A stretch of DNA of 64,000 nt. Origin: Auanema rhodensis. Taxonomy: Eukaryota; Animalia; Nematoda. The notes beneath the pieces are model-generated. The model did no database searches. It was not told the origin of the DNA and saw only the letters and a list, made by a program, of their open reading frames with translations. Both the position numbers and the translations under genes were made by a program. The stretch spans positions 20,832,001 to 20,896,000 of the forward strand of contig OZ059895.1 in assembly GCA_964057225.1 (NCBI GenBank), read 5' to 3'. Positions 41,800-55,952 of the stretch are shown one piece after another (position 1 is the stretch's first letter; the number at the start of each line of letters is the position of its first letter).

Positions 41800-44700
41800 G
41801 GTTTTCAAAATTAGATTCCCCATGTCCATATTAGTCTAAAAACAAATTTTTATTAATATTGGTGCATGGTAACCATGACTTTAAAATTTACGTGAACTTT
41901 AATTTATGCTAATTAAGTGTACACATGATGTGGACTTGGTATGTAACTCGCTTCACGTCAAAGATAAAGAGATGCGGTTTTCAAAATTAGATTCCCCATG
42001 TCCATATTAGTCTAAAAACAAATTTTTATTAATATTGGTGCATGGTAACCATGACTTTGAAATTAACGTGAACTTTAATTTATGCTAATTAAGTGTACAC
42101 ATGATGTGCACTTGGTATGTAACTCGCTTCACGTCAAAGATAAAGAGATGCGGTTTTTAAAATTAGATTCCCCATGTCCATATTAGTCTAAAAACAAATT
42201 TTTATTAATATTGGTGCATGGTAACCATGACTTTGAAATTTACGTGAACTTTAATTTATGCTAATTAAGTGTACACGTGATGTGCACTTGGTATGTAACT
42301 CGCTTCACGTGAAAGATAAAGAGATGCGGTTTTCAAAATTAGATTCCCCATGTCCATATTAGTCTAAACACAAATTTTTATTGATATTGGTGCATGGTAA
42401 CCATGACTTTGAAATTTACGTGAACTTTAATTTATGCTAATTAAGTGTACACGTGATGTGCTCTTGGTATGTAACTCGCTTCACGTGAAAGATAAAGAGA
42501 TGCGGTTTTCAAAATTAGATTCCCCATTTCCATATTAGTCAAAAAACAAATTTTTATTGATATTGGTGCATGGCAACCATGACTTTAAAATTTACGTGAA
42601 CTTTAATTTATGCTAATTAAGTGTACACATGATGTGCACTTGGTATGTAACTCGCTTCACGTCAAAGATAAAGAGATGCGGTTTTCAAAATTAGATTCCC
42701 CATGTCCATATTAGTCTAAAAACAAATTTTTATTAATATTGGTGCATGGTAACCATGACTTTGAAATTTACGTGAACTTTAATTTATGCTAATTAAGTGT
42801 ACACATGATGTGCGCTTGGTATGTAACTCGCTTCACGTGAAAGATAAAGAGATGCGGTTTTCAAAATTAGATTCCCCATTTCCATATTAGTCTAAAAACA
42901 AATTTTTATTGATATTGGTGCATGGCAACCATGACTTTAAAATTTACGTGAACTTTAATTTATGCTAATTAAGTGTACACATGATGTGCACTTGGTATGT
43001 AACTCGTTTCACGTCAAAGATAAAGAGATGCGGTTTTCAAAATTGGATTCCCCATGTCCATATTAGTCTAAAAACAAATTTTTATTAATATTGATGCATG
43101 GTAACCATGACTTTGAAATTTACGTGAACTTTAATTTATGCTAATTAAGTGTACACATGATGTGCACTTGGTATGTAACTCGCTTCACGTGAAATATAAA
43201 GGGATGCGGTTTTCAAAATTAGATTCCCCATGTCCATATTAGTCTAAACACAAATTTTTATTGATATTGGTGCATTGTAACCATGACTTTGAAATTTACG
43301 TGAACTTTAATTTATGCTAATTAAGTGTACACGTGATGTGCACTTGGTATGTAACTCGCTTCACGTGAAAGATAAAGAGATGCGGTTTTCAAAATTAGAT
43401 TCCCCATTTCCATATTAGTCAAAAAACAAATTTTTATTGATATTGGTGCATGGCAACCATGACTTTAAAATTTACGTGAACTTTAATTTATGCTAATTAA
43501 GTGTACACATGATGTGCACTTGGTATGTAACTCGCTTCACGTGAAATATAAAGGGATGCGGTTTTCAAAATTAGATTCCCCATGTCCATATTAGTCTAAA
43601 AACAAATTTTTATTAATATTGGTGCATGGTAACCATGACTTTAAAATTTACGTGAACTTTAATTTATGCTAATTAAGTGTACACATGATGTGGACTTGGT
43701 ATGTAACTCGCTTCACGTCAAAGATAAAGAGATGCGGTTTTCAAAATTAGATTCCCCATGTCCATATTAGTCTAAAAACAAATTTTTATTAATATTGGTG
43801 CATGGTAACCATGACTTTGAAATTAACGTGAACTTTAATTTATGCTAATTAAGTGTACACATGATGTGCACTTGGTATGTAACTCGCTTCACGTCAAAGA
43901 TAAAGAGATGCGGTTTTTAAAATTAGATTCCCCATGTCCATATTAGTCTAAAAACAAATTTTTATTAATATTGGTGCATGGTAACCATGACTTTGAAATT
44001 TACGTGAACTTTAATTTATGCTAATTAAGTGTACACGTGATGTGCACTTGGTATGTAACTCGCTTCACGTGAAAGATAAAGAGATGCGGTTTTCAAAATT
44101 AGATTCCCCATGTCCATATTAGTCTAATCACAAATTTTTATTGATATTGGTGCATGGTAACCATGACTTTGAAATTTACGTGAACTTTAATTTATGCTAA
44201 TTAAGTGTACACGTGATGTGCTCTTGGTATGTAACTCGCTTCACGTGAAAGATAAAGAGATGCGGTTTTCAAAATTAGATTCCCCATTTCCATATTAGTC
44301 AAAAAACAAATTTTTATTGATATTGGTGCATGGCAACCATGACTTTAAAATTTACGTGAACTTTAATTTATGCTAATTAAGTGTACACATGATGTGCACT
44401 TGGTATGTAACTCGCTTCACGTCAAAGATAAAGAGATGCGGTTTTCAAAATTAGATTCCCCATGTCCATATTAGTCTAAAAACAAATTTTTATTAATATT
44501 GGTGCATGGTAACCATGACTTTGAAATTTACGTGAACTTTAATTTATGCTAATTAAGTGTACACATGATGTGCGCTTGGTATGTAACTCGCTTCACGTGA
44601 AAGATAAAGAGATGCGGTTTTCAAAATTAGATTCCCCATTTCCATATTAGTCTAAAAACAAATTTTTATTGATATTGGTGCATGGCAACCATGACTTTAA

Positions 44701-45300
44701 AATTTACGTGAACTTTAATTTATGCTAATTAAGTGTACACATGATGTGCACTTGGTATGTAACTCGTTTCACGTCAAAGATAAAGAGATGCGGTTTTCAA
44801 AATTGGATTCCCCATGTCCATATTAGTCTAAAAACAAATTTTTATTAATATTGATGCATGGTAACCATGACTTTGAAATTTACGTGAACTTTAATTTATG
44901 CTAATTAAGTGTACACATGATGTGCACTTGGTATGTAACTCGCTTCACGTGAAATATAAAGGGATGCGGTTTTCAAAATTAGATTCCCCATGTCCATATT
45001 AGTCTAAACACAAATTTTTATTGATATTGGTGCATTGTAACCATGACTTTGAAATTTACGTGAACTTTAATTTATGCTAATTAAGTGTACACGTGATGTG
45101 CACTTGGTATGTAACTCGCTTCACGTGAAAGATAAAGAGATGCGGTTTTCAAAATTAGATTCCCCATTTCCATATTAGTCAAAAAACAAATTTTTATTGA
45201 TATTGGTGCATGGCAACCATGACTTTAAAATTTACGTGAACTTTAATTTATGCTAATTAAGTGTACACATGATGTGCACTTGGTATGTAACTCGCTTCAC
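41800..45300 (+). repeat. 10-monomer (1760 bp) tandem duplication
   Basis: GTGGACTT about 41933/43693, GTGCTCTT about 42462/44222, GCATTGTAAC about 43276/45036. Confidence 0.82.
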
Positions 45301-48300
45301 GTCAAAGATAAAGAGATGCGGTTTTCAAAATTAGATTCCCCATGTCCATATTAGTCTAAAAACAAATTTTTATTAATATTGGTGCATGGTAACCATGACT
45401 TTGAAATTTACGTGAACTTTAATTTATGCTGATTAAGTGTACACATGATGTGCGCTTGGTATGTAACTCGCTTCACGTGAAAGATAAAGAGATGCGGTTT
45501 TCAAAATTAGATTCCCCATTTCCATATTAGTCTAAAAACAAATTTTTATTGATATTGGTGCATGGCAACCATGACTTTAAAATTTACGTGAACTTTAATT
45601 TATGCTAATTAAGTGTACACATGATGTGCACTTGGTATGTAACTCGTTTCACGTCAAAGATAAAGAGATGCGGTTTTTAAAATTGGATTCCCCATGTCCA
45701 TATTAGTCTAAAAACAAATTTTTATTAATATTGATGCATGGTAACCATGACTTTGAAATTTACGTGAACTTTAATTTATGCTAATTAAGTGTACACATGA
45801 TGTGCACTTGGTATGTAACTCGCTTCACGTCAAAGATAAAGAGATGCGGTTTTCAAAATTAGATTCCCCATTTCCATATTAGTCTAAAAACAAATTTTTA
45901 TTAATATTGATGCATGGTAACCATGACTTTGAAATTTACGTGAACTTTAATTTATGCTAATTAAGTGTACACATGATGTGCACTTGGTATGTAACTCGCT
46001 TCACGTCAAAGATAAAGAGATGCGGTTTTCAAAATTAGATTCCCCATGTCCATATTAGTCTAAAAACAAATTTTTATTGATATTGGTGCTTGGTAACCAT
46101 GACTTTGAAATTTACGTGAACTTTAATTTATGCTAATTAAGTGTACACATGATGTGCGCTTGGTATGTAACTCGCTTCACGTCAAAGATAAAGAGATGCG
46201 GTTTTCAAAATTAGATTCCCCATGTCCATATTAGTCTAAAAACAAATTTTTATTGATATTGGTGCATGGTAACCATGACTTTGAAATTTACGTGAACTTT
46301 AATTTATGCTAATTAAGTGTACACATGATGTGCACTTGGTATGTAACTCGCTTCACGTCAAAGATAAAGAGATGCGGTTTTCAAAATTAGATTCCCCATG
46401 TCTATATTAGTCTAAAAACATATTTTTATTAATACTGGTGCATGGTAACCATGACTTTGAAATTTACGTGAACTTTAATTTATGCTAATTAAGTGTACAC
46501 GTGATGTGCACTTGGTATGTAACTCGCTTCACGTGAAAGATAAAGAGATGCGGTTTTCAAAATTAGATTCCCCATGTCCATATTAGTCTAAACACAAATT
46601 TTTATTGATATTGGTGCATGGTAACCATGACTTTGGAATTTACGTGAACTTTAATTTATGCTAATTAAGTGTACACGTGATGTGCACTTGGTATGTAACT
46701 CGCTTCACGTGAAAGATAAAGAGATGCGGTTTTCAAAATTAGATTCCCCATTTCCATATTAGTCTAAAAACAAATTTTTATTGATATTGGTGCATGGCAA
46801 CCATGACTTTAAAATTTACGTGAACTTTAATTTATGCTAATTAAGTGTACACATGATGTGCACTCGGTATGTAACTCGTTTCACGTCAAAGATAAAGAGA
46901 TGCGGTTTTCAAAATTGGATTCCCCATGTCCATATTAGTCTAAAAACAAATTTTTATTAATATTGGTGCATGGTAACCATGACTTTGAAATTTACGTGAA
47001 CTTTAATTTATGCTAATTAAGTGTACACATGATGTGCGCTTGGTATGTAACTCGCTTCACGTGAAAGATAAAGAGATGCGGTTTTCAAAATTAGATTCCC
47101 CATTTCCATATTAGTCTAAAAACAAATTTTTATTGATATTGGTGCATGGCAACCATGACTTTAAAATTTACGTGAACTTTAATTTATGCTAATTAAGTGT
47201 ACACATGATGTGCACTTGGTATGTAACTCGTTTCACGTCAAAGATAAAGAGATGCGGTTTTCAAAATTGGATTCCCCATGTCCATATTAGTCTTAAAACA
47301 AATTTTTATTAATATTGGTGCATGGTAACCATGACTTTGAAATTTACGTGAACTTTAATTTATGCTAATTAAGTGTACACATGATGTGCACTTGGTATGT
47401 AACTCGCTTCACGTGAAAGATGAAGAGATGCGGTTTTCAAAATTAGATTCCCCATATCCATATTAGTCTAAAAACAAATTTTCATTGATATTGGTGCATG
47501 GTAACCATGACTTTGAAATTTACGTGAACTTTAATTTATGCTAATTAAATGTACACGTGATGTGCACTTGGTATGTAACTCGCTTCACGTCAAAGATAAA
47601 GAGATGAGGTTTTCAAAATTAGATTCCCCATGTCCATATTAGTCTAAAAACAAATTTTTATTAATATTGGTGCATGGTAACCATGACTTTGAAATTTACG
47701 TGAACTTTAATTTATGCTAATTAAGTGTACACATGATGTGCACTTGGTATGTAACTCGCTTCACGTGAAAGATAAAGAGATGCGGTTTTCAAAATTAGAT
47801 TCCCCATGTCCATATTAGTCTAAACACAAATTTTTATTGATATTGGTGCATGGTAACCATGACTTTGAAATTTACGTGAACTTTAATTTATGCTAATTAA
47901 GTGTACACGTGATGTGCTCTTGGTATGTAACTCGCTTCACGTGAAAGATAAAGAGATGCGGTTTTCAAAATTAGATTCCCCATTTCCATATTAGTCAAAA
48001 AACAAATTTTTATTGATATTGGTGCATGGCAACCATGACTTTAAAATTTACGTGAACTTTAATTTATGCTAATTAAGTGTACACATGATGTGCACTTGGT
48101 ATGTAACTCGCTTCACGTCAAAGATAAAAAGATGCGGTTTTCAAAATTAGATTCCCCATGTCCATATTAGTCTAAAAACAAATTTTTATTAATATTGGTG
48201 CATGGTAACCATGACTTTGAAATTTACGTGAACTTTAATTTATGCTAATTAAGTGTACACATGATGTGCGCTTGGTATGTAACTCGCTTCACGTGAAAGA

Positions 48301-51300
48301 TAAAGAGATGCGGTTTTCAAAATTAGATTCCCCATTTCCATATTAGTCTAAAAACAAATTTTTATTGATATTGGTGCATGGCAACCATGACTTTAAAATT
48401 TACGTGAACTTTAATTTATGCTAATTAAGTGTACACATGATGTGCACTTGGTATGTAACTCGTTTCACGTCAAAGATAAAGAGATGCGGTTTTCAAAATT
48501 GGATTCCCCATGTCCATATTAGTCTAAAAACAAATTTTTATTAATATTGATGCATGGTAACCATGACTTTGAAATTTACGTGAACTTTAATTTATGCTAA
48601 TTAAGTGTACACATGATGTGCACTTGGTATGTAACTCGCTTCACGTGAAATATAAAGGGATGCGGTTTTCAAAATTAGATTCCCCATGTCCATATTAGTC
48701 TAAACACAAATTTTTATTGATATTGGTGCATTGTAACCATGACTTTGAAATTTACGTGAACTTTAATTTATGCTAATTAAGTGTACACGTGATGTGCACT
48801 TGGTATGTAACTCGCTTCACGTGAAAGATAAAGAGATGCGGTTTTCAAAATTAGATTCCCCATTTCCATATTAGTCAAAAAACAAATTTTTATTGATATT
48901 GGTGCATGGCAACCATGACTTTAAAATTTACGTGAACTTTAATTTATGCTAATTAAGTGTACACATGATGTGCACTTGGTATGTAACTCGCTTCACGTCA
49001 AAGATAAAGAGATGCGGTTTTCAAAATTAGATTCCCCATGTCCATATTAGTCTAAAAACAAATTTTTATTAATATTGGTGCATGGTAACCATGACTTTGA
49101 AATTTACGTGAACTTTAATTTATGCTGATTAAGTGTACACATGATGTGCGCTTGGTATGTAACTCGCTTCACGTGAAAGATAAAGAGATGCGGTTTTCAA
49201 AATTAGATTCCCCATTTCCATATTAGTCTAAAAACAAATTTTTATTGATATTGGTGCATGGCAACCATGACTTTAAAATTTACGTGAACTTTAATTTATG
49301 CTAATTAAGTGTACACATGATGTGCACTTGGTATGTAACTCGTTTCACGTCAAAGATAAAGAGATGCGGTTTTTAAAATTGGATTCCCCATGTCCATATT
49401 AGTCTAAAAACAAATTTTTATTAATATTGATGCATGGTAACCATGACTTTGAAATTTACGTGAACTTTAATTTATGCTAATTAAGTGTACACATGATGTG
49501 CACTTGGTATGTAACTCGCTTCACGTCAAAGATAAAGAGATGCGGTTTTCAAAATTAGATTCCCCATTTCCATATTAGTCTAAAAACAAATTTTTATTAA
49601 TATTGATGCATGGTAACCATGACTTTGAAATTTACGTGAACTTTAATTTATGCTAATTAAGTGTACACATGATGTGCACTTGGTATGTAACTCGCTTCAC
49701 GTCAAAGATAAAGAGATGCGGTTTTCAAAATTAGATTCCCCATGTCCATATTAGTCTAAAAACAAATTTTTATTGATATTGGTGCTTGGTAACCATGACT
49801 TTGAAATTTACGTGAACTTTAATTTATGCTAATTAAGTGTACACATGATGTGCGCTTGGTATGTAACTCGCTTCACGTCAAAGATAAAGAGATGCGGTTT
49901 TCAAAATTAGATTCCCCATGTCCATATTAGTCTAAAAACAAATTTTTATTGATATTGGTGCATGGTAACCATGACTTTGAAATTTACGTGAACTTTAATT
50001 TATGCTAATTAAGTGTACACATGATGTGCACTTGGTATGTAACTCGCTTCACGTCAAAGATAAAGAGATGCGGTTTTCAAAATTAGATTCCCCATGTCTA
50101 TATTAGTCTAAAAACATATTTTTATTAATACTGGTGCATGGTAACCATGACTTTGAAATTTACGTGAACTTTAATTTATGCTAATTAAGTGTACACGTGA
50201 TGTGCACTTGGTATGTAACTCGCTTCACGTGAAAGATAAAGAGATGCGGTTTTCAAAATTAGATTCCCCATGTCCATATTAGTCTAAACACAAATTTTTA
50301 TTGATATTGGTGCATGGTAACCATGACTTTGGAATTTACGTGAACTTTAATTTATGCTAATTAAGTGTACACGTGATGTGCACTTGGTATGTAACTCGCT
50401 TCACGTGAAAGATAAAGAGATGCGGTTTTCAAAATTAGATTCCCCATTTCCATATTAGTCTAAAAACAAATTTTTATTGATATTGGTGCATGGCAACCAT
50501 GACTTTAAAATTTACGTGAACTTTAATTTATGCTAATTAAGTGTACACATGATGTGCACTCGGTATGTAACTCGTTTCACGTCAAAGATAAAGAGATGCG
50601 GTTTTCAAAATTGGATTCCCCATGTCCATATTAGTCTAAAAACAAATTTTTATTAATATTGGTGCATGGTAACCATGACTTTGAAATTTACGTGAACTTT
50701 AATTTATGCTAATTAAGTGTACACATGATGTGCGCTTGGTATGTAACTCGCTTCACGTGAAAGATAAAGAGATGCGGTTTTCAAAATTAGATTCCCCATT
50801 TCCATATTAGTCTAAAAACAAATTTTTATTGATATTGGTGCATGGCAACCATGACTTTAAAATTTACGTGAACTTTAATTTATGCTAATTAAGTGTACAC
50901 ATGATGTGCACTTGGTATGTAACTCGTTTCACGTCAAAGATAAAGAGATGCGGTTTTCAAAATTGGATTCCCCATGTCCATATTAGTCTTAAAACAAATT
51001 TTTATTAATATTGGTGCATGGTAACCATGACTTTGAAATTTACGTGAACTTTAATTTATGCTAATTAAGTGTACACATGATGTGCACTTGGTATGTAACT
51101 CGCTTCACGTGAAAGATGAAGAGATGCGGTTTTCAAAATTAGATTCCCCATATCCATATTAGTCTAAAAACAAATTTTCATTGATATTGGTGCATGGTAA
51201 CCATGACTTTGAAATTTACGTGAACTTTAATTTATGCTAATTAAATGTACACGTGATGTGCACTTGGTATGTAACTCGCTTCACGTCAAAGATAAAGAGA

Positions 51301-51376
51301 TGAGGTTTTCAAAATTAGATTCCCCATGTCCATATTAGTCTAAAAACAAATTTTTATTAATATTGGTGCATGGTAA
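44161..51376 (+). repeat. 21-monomer (3696 bp) near-perfect tandem duplication
   Basis: GTGCTCTT 44222/47918, GCATTGT 45036/48732, GTGCTTGG 46090/49786, CACTCGG 46865/50561; all offset 3696. Confidence 0.88.
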
Positions 51377-54300
51377 CCATGACTTTGAAATTTACGTGAA
51401 CTTTAATTTATGCTAATTAAGTGTACACATGATGTGCGCTTGGTATGTAACTCGCTTCACGTGAAAGATAAAGAGATGCGGTTTTCAAAATTAGATTCCC
51501 CATTTCCATATTAGTCTAAAAACAAATTTTTATTGATATTGGTGCATGGCAACCATGACTTTAAAATTTACGTGAACTTTAATTTATGCTAATTAAGTGT
51601 ACACATGATGTGCACTTGGTATGTAACTCGTTTCACGTCAAAGATAAAGAGATGCGGTTTTCAAAATTGGATTCCCCATGTCCATATTAGTCTTAAAACA
51701 AATTTTTATTAATATTGGTGCATGGTAACCATGACTTTGAAATTTACGTGAACTTTAATTTATGCTAATTAAGTGTACACATGATGTGCACTTGGTATGT
51801 AACTCGCTTCACGTGAAAGATGAAGAGATGCGGTTTTCAAAATTAGATTCCCCATATCCATATTAGTCTAAAAACAAATTTTCATTGATATTGGTGCATG
51901 GTAACCATGACTTTGAAATTTACGTGAACTTTAATTTATGCTAATTAAATGTACACGTGATGTGCACTTGGTATGTAACTCGCTTCACGTCAAAGATAAA
52001 GAGATGAGGTTTTCAAAATTAGATTCCCCATGTCCATATTAGTCTAAAAACAAATTTTTATTAATATTGGTGCATGGTAACCATGACTTTGAAATTTACG
52101 TGAACTTTAATTTATGCTAATTAAGTGTACACGTGATGTGCACTTGGTATGTAACTCGCTTCACGTGAAAGATAAAGAGATGCGGTTTTCAAAATTAGAT
52201 TCCCCATGTCTATATTAGTCTAAAAACATATTTTTATTAATACTGGTGCATGGTAACCATGACTTTGAAATTTACGTGAACTTTAATTTATGCTAATTAA
52301 GTGTACACGTGATGTGCACTTGGTATGTAACTCGCTTCACGTGAAAGATAAAGAGATGCGGTTTTCAAAATTGGATTCCCCATGTCCATATTAGTCTTAA
52401 AACAAATTTTTATTAATATTGGTGCATGGTAACCATGACTTTGAAATTTACGTGAACTTTAATTTATGCTAATTAAGTGTACACATGATGTGCACTTGGT
52501 ATGTAACTCGCTTCACGTGAAAGATGAAGAGATGCGGTTTTCAAAATTAGATTCCCCATATCCATATTAGTCTAAAAACAAATTTTCATTGATATTGGTG
52601 CATGGTAACCATGACTTTGAAATTTACGTGAACTTTAATTTATGCTAATTAAATGTACACGTGATGTGCACTTGGTATGTAACTCGCTTCACGTCAAAGA
52701 TAAAGAGATGAGGTTTTCAAAATTAGATTCCCCATGTCCATATTAGTCTAAAAACAAATTTTTATTAATATTGGTGCATGGTAACCATGACTTTGAAATT
52801 TACGTGAACTTTAATTTATGCTAATTAAGTGTACACGTGATGTGCACTTGGTATGTAACTCGCTTCACGTGAAAGATAAAGAGATGCGGTTTTCAAAATT
52901 AGATTCCCCATGTCTATATTAGTCTAAAAACATATTTTTATTAATACTGGTGCATGGTAACCATGACTTTGAAATTTACGTGAACTTTAATTTATGCTAA
53001 TTAAGTGTACACGTGATGTGCACTTGGTATGTAACTCGCTTCACGTGAAAGATAAAGAGATGCGGTTTTCAAAATTAGATTTCCCATGTCCATATTAGTC
53101 TAAACACAAATTTTTATTGATATTGGTGCATGGTAACCATGACTTTGAAATTTACGTGAACTTTAATTTATGCTAATTAAGTGTACACATGATGTGCACT
53201 TGGTATGTAACTCGCTTCACGTCAAAGATAAAGAGATGCGGTTTTCAAAATTGGATTCCCCATGTCCATATTAGTCTAAAAACATATTTTTATTAATACT
53301 GGTGCATGGTAACCATGACTTTGAAATTTACGTGAACTTTAATTTATGCTAATTAAGTGTACACGTGATGTGCACTTGGTATGTAACTCGCTTCACGTGA
53401 AAGATAAAGAGATGCGGTTTTCAAAATTAGATTCCCCATGTCCATATTAGTCTAAACACAAATTTTTATTGATATTGGTGCATGGTAACCATGACTTTGG
53501 AATTTACGTGAACTTTAATTTATGCTAATTAAGTGTACACGTGATGTGCACTTGGTATGTAACTCGCTTCACGTGAAAGATAAAGAGATGCGGTTTTCAA
53601 AATTAGATTCCCCATTTCCATATTAGTCTAAAAACAAATTTTTATTGATATTGGTGCATGGCAACCATGACTTTAAAATTTACGTGAACTTTAATTTATG
53701 CTAATTAAGTGTACACATGATGTGCACTTGGTATGTAACTCGTTTCACGTCAAAGATAAAGAGATGCGGTTTTCAAAATTGGATTCCCCATGTCCATATT
53801 AGTCTAAAAACAAATTTTTATTAATATTGGTGCATGGTAACCATGACTTTGAAATTTACGTGAACTTTAATTTATGCTAATTAAGTGTACACATGATGTG
53901 CGCTTGGTATGTAACTCGCTTCACGTGAAAGATAAAGAGATGCGGTTTTCAAAATTAGATTCCCCATTTCCATATTAGTCTAAAAACAAATTTTTATTGA
54001 TATTGGTGCATGGCAACCATGACTTTAAAATTTACGTGAACTTTAATTTATGCTAATTAAGTGTACACATGATGTGCACTTGGTATGTAACTCGTTTCAC
54101 GTCAAAGATAAAGAGATGCGGTTTTCAAAATTGGATTCCCCATGTCCATATTAGTCTTAAAACAAATTTTTATTAATATTGGTGCATGGTAACCATGACT
54201 TTGAAATTTACGTGAACTTTAATTTATGCTAATTAAGTGTACACATGATGTGCACTTGGTATGTAACTCGCTTCACGTGAAAGATGAAGAGATGCGGTTT

Positions 54301-55952
54301 TCAAAATTAGATTCCCCATATCCATATTAGTCTAAAAACAAATTTTCATTGATATTGGTGCATGGTAACCATGACTTTGAAATTTACGTGAACTTTAATT
54401 TATGCTAATTAAATGTACACGTGATGTGCACTTGGTATGTAACTCGCTTCACGTCAAAGATAAAGAGATGAGGTTTTCAAAATTAGATTCCCCATGTCCA
54501 TATTAGTCTAAAAACAAATTTTTATTAATATTGGTGCATGGTAACCATGACTTTGAAATTTACGTGAACTTTAATTTATGCTAATTAAGTGTACACATGA
54601 TGTGCGCTTGGTATGTAACTCGCTTCACGTGAAAGATAAAGAGATGCGGTTTTCAAAATTAGATTCCCCATTTCCATATTAGTCTAAAAACAAATTTTTA
54701 TTGATATTGGTGCATGGCAACCATGACTTTAAAATTTACGTGAACTTTAATTTATGCTAATTAAGTGTACACATGATGTGCACTTGGTATGTAACTCGTT
54801 TCACGTCAAAGATAAAGAGATGCGGTTTTCAAAATTGGATTCCCCATGTCCATATTAGTCTTAAAACAAATTTTTATTAATATTGGTGCATGGTAACCAT
54901 GACTTTGAAATTTACGTGAACTTTAATTTATGCTAATTAAGTGTACACATGATGTGCACTTGGTATGTAACTCGCTTCACGTGAAAGATGAAGAGATGCG
55001 GTTTTCAAAATTAGATTCCCCATATCCATATTAGTCTAAAAACAAATTTTCATTGATATTGGTGCATGGTAACCATGACTTTGAAATTTACGTGAACTTT
55101 AATTTATGCTAATTAAATGTACACGTGATGTGCACTTGGTATGTAACTCGCTTCACGTCAAAGATAAAGAGATGAGGTTTTCAAAATTAGATTCCCCATG
55201 TCCATATTAGTCTAAAAACAAATTTATATTAATATTGGTGCATGGTAACCATGACTTTGAAATTTACGTGAACTTTAATTTATGCTAATTAAGTGTACAC
55301 GTGATGTGCACTTGGTATGTAACTCGCTTCACGTGAAAGATAAAGAGATGCGGTTTTCAAAATTAGATTCCCCATGTCTATATTAGTCTAAAAACATATT
55401 TTTATTAATACTGGTGCATGGTAACCATGACTTTGAAATTTACGTGAACTTTAATTTATGCTAATTAAGTGTACACGTGATGTGCACTTGGTATGTAACT
55501 CGCTTCACGTGAAAGATAAAGAGATGCGGTTTTCAAAATTAGATTTCCCATGTCCATATTAGTCTAAACACAAATTTTTATTGATATTGGTGCATGGTAA
55601 CCATGACTTTGGAATTTACGTGAACTTTAATTTATGCTAATTAAGTGTACACGTGATGTGCACTTGGTATGTAACTCGCTTCACGTGAAAGATAAAGAGA
55701 TGCGGTTTTCAAAATTAGATTCCCCATTTCCATATTAGTCTAAAAACAAATTTTTATTGATATTGGTGCATGGCAACCATGACTTTAAAATTTACGTGAA
55801 CTTTAATTTATGCTAATTAAGTGTACACATGATGTGCACTTGGTATGTAACTCGTTTCACGTCAAAGATAAAGAGATGCGGTTTTCAAAATTGGATTCCC
55901 CATGTCCATATTAGTCTAAAAACAAATTTTTATTAATATTGGTGCATGGTAA

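Larger units (their letters stand above)
33075..47680 (+). repeat. Large duplication, offset 7567 bp (43 monomers), of a roughly 30-monomer block with different secondary expansions in each copy
   Basis: Private TATGGAACTC/AAATAAGATT at 33321 and 40888. Ordered markers (CACTCGG, GTGGACTT, AATTAACG, GTGCTCTT, GCTGATT, GTGCTTGG, TTTGGAA, TAAATGTAC) occur in both copies. Confidence 0.8.
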
